Source: Basidiobolus meristosporus CBS 931.73
Taxonomy: Eukaryota > Fungi > Basidiobolomycota
DNA: 64,000 bases
Assembly (NCBI GenBank): GCA_002104905.1
Contig: MCFE01000462.1
Location: 7,149-71,148, forward strand
Direction: 5' to 3'
The translations under genes and the position numbers were made by a program. This document shows, one piece after another, positions 63,126 through 64,000 of this stretch (the stretch's first letter is position 1; each line of letters starts with the position of its first letter). Below the pieces are notes generated by a model. The model was given only the letters and a program-made list of their open reading frames with translations. It made no database searches and was not told where the DNA came from.

Positions 63126-63652
63126 ATGTCTACTACTGCTATTAATGGAATTTTTCCCTCTGCTGAAAAGTTGGATGGATCAAACTACCAAGTGTGGAAG
63201 GTGAAGATGAAGATGCTGCTACAAGAAAGAGGCCTTTGGGATATTGTCATGGGAGAAGAATGCCCTCCTAAAAACGTGGGAGAGGAAGCCTTAAAGTACC
63301 AGAAGAAAGAACAAAGTGCCTTTAACTGCATTTGCCTTAATGTTGAAGACAAATTGCTAATTCAATGCTCAAGAGCAAAAATGGCAAAGAATGCCTGGAA
63401 GGCATTAGAAGACACCTATCAGTCATGTTCAGCTGCTAAGAAAATGTATCTGAGACAAAAATTCTTTACTACAAAGATGCTGCCAGGAGAAGAAATAAAA
63501 AATCTAATTAACAGAATTACCCTGCTGGTAGATGAGAAGGAATCTGTGGGTGTACCAACTACTGATGAGGATGTGATAGTTACCATCCTGAATAGCCTGA
63601 CAGACAAGTTTCAGGGTCTTGTATCAGCCCTAGAGTCCAGAACTGAAGATTT
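63126..63652 (+). pseudogene. Truncated gag of the host element
   Basis: Nearly identical to the gag N-terminus at 62580-62055; ends at ESRTED where another LTR begins. Confidence 0.9.
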
Positions 63653-64000
63653 TGTTGTAAAAATTCATATTTCCACCTAAATATTCACCTAACTTAGTCA
63701 CTTAGATCATCACCTTCAAATCCTAGAGAATACTGACCAAATTCCTTGTTGGGATTTACTTAGAAAATTTTCACCAAAATACCAGGTACCCAGAACATGA
63801 AGAAAGAACAAAGTGCCTTTAACTGCATTTGCCTTAATGTTAAAGACAAACTGCTAATTCAATGCTCAAGAGCAAAAACGGCAAAGAATGCCTGGAAGGC
63901 ACTAGAAGACACCTACCAGTCATGTTCGGCTGCCAAGAAAATGTATCTGAGACAAAAATTCTTTAGTACAATGATGCTGCCAGGAGAAGAAATGAAAAAT
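63653..64000 (+). repeat. Truncated LTR (63653-63801) fused to a duplicated internal gag segment (63802-64000)
   Basis: TGTTGTAAAAATTCATATTTCCACC.. LTR start; switches after CAGAACATGAA to GAAAGAACAAAGTGCC, a copy of ~63306 onward. Confidence 0.85.

Larger units (their letters stand above)
58073..64000 (+). mobile_element. Host Ty1/copia element (+ strand): 5' LTR split into 58073-58274 and 62961-63094, PBS 63095-63107, gag from 63126; rearranged and extends past the window
   Basis: The two LTR halves are contiguous reverse-complement LTR sequence, separated by the inserted element and its TTCTA duplication; GGTTATGAGCCC PBS followed by gag MSTTAINGIFPSAEKLDGSNYQVWK. Confidence 0.88.

Noticed and set aside
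1-64000. tRNA, rRNA or other structured RNA genes
   Set aside because: No convincing cloverleaf, T-loop or rRNA signature found by eye; tRNAscan-SE and Infernal would be needed to exclude them.

Overview
Gene-dense, intron-rich fungal genomic DNA (short GT-AG introns with CTAAC/CTGAC branch points). The gene content (B12-dependent RNR, Treslin-type Sld3, NCoR-like corepressors, serpins) suggests an early-diverging, non-Dikarya lineage; this taxonomic call is inference. Bases 1-57.2 kb hold about 20 protein genes: SEC5 (runs off the left edge), a small 4-exon coiled-coil gene missed by the ORF track, two tandem NCoR/SNT1-like SANT paralogues flanking mitochondrial uS11m, ERD2, Treslin/Sld3, Rho-GDI, PKA regulatory subunit, MRP51, a RIM15-type kinase, an At4g15545-like coiled-coil protein, a BCKDK/PDK kinase, a secreted Cys-rich protein, two serpins, an RPA14-like microprotein, a class II ribonucleotide reductase, HIS4 and an LRR protein. 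Bases 57.3-64 kb are a CpG-depleted nest of one Ty1/copia family inserted into its own LTRs. Top candidates for novelty: (1) an intact, 14-intron adenosylcobalamin-dependent monomeric RNR with a strong mitochondrial-presequence signature; (2) two serpins with near-identical scaffolds but divergent reactive-centre-loop exons, flanking a 9.9-kb block containing the RNR; (3) a secreted Cys-rich precursor with a dibasic site releasing a Trp/Cys peptide, head-to-head with serpin 1. Several genes show single-base frame breaks, most simply explained as assembly indels. Exon structures were read by eye, and no database searches were run.
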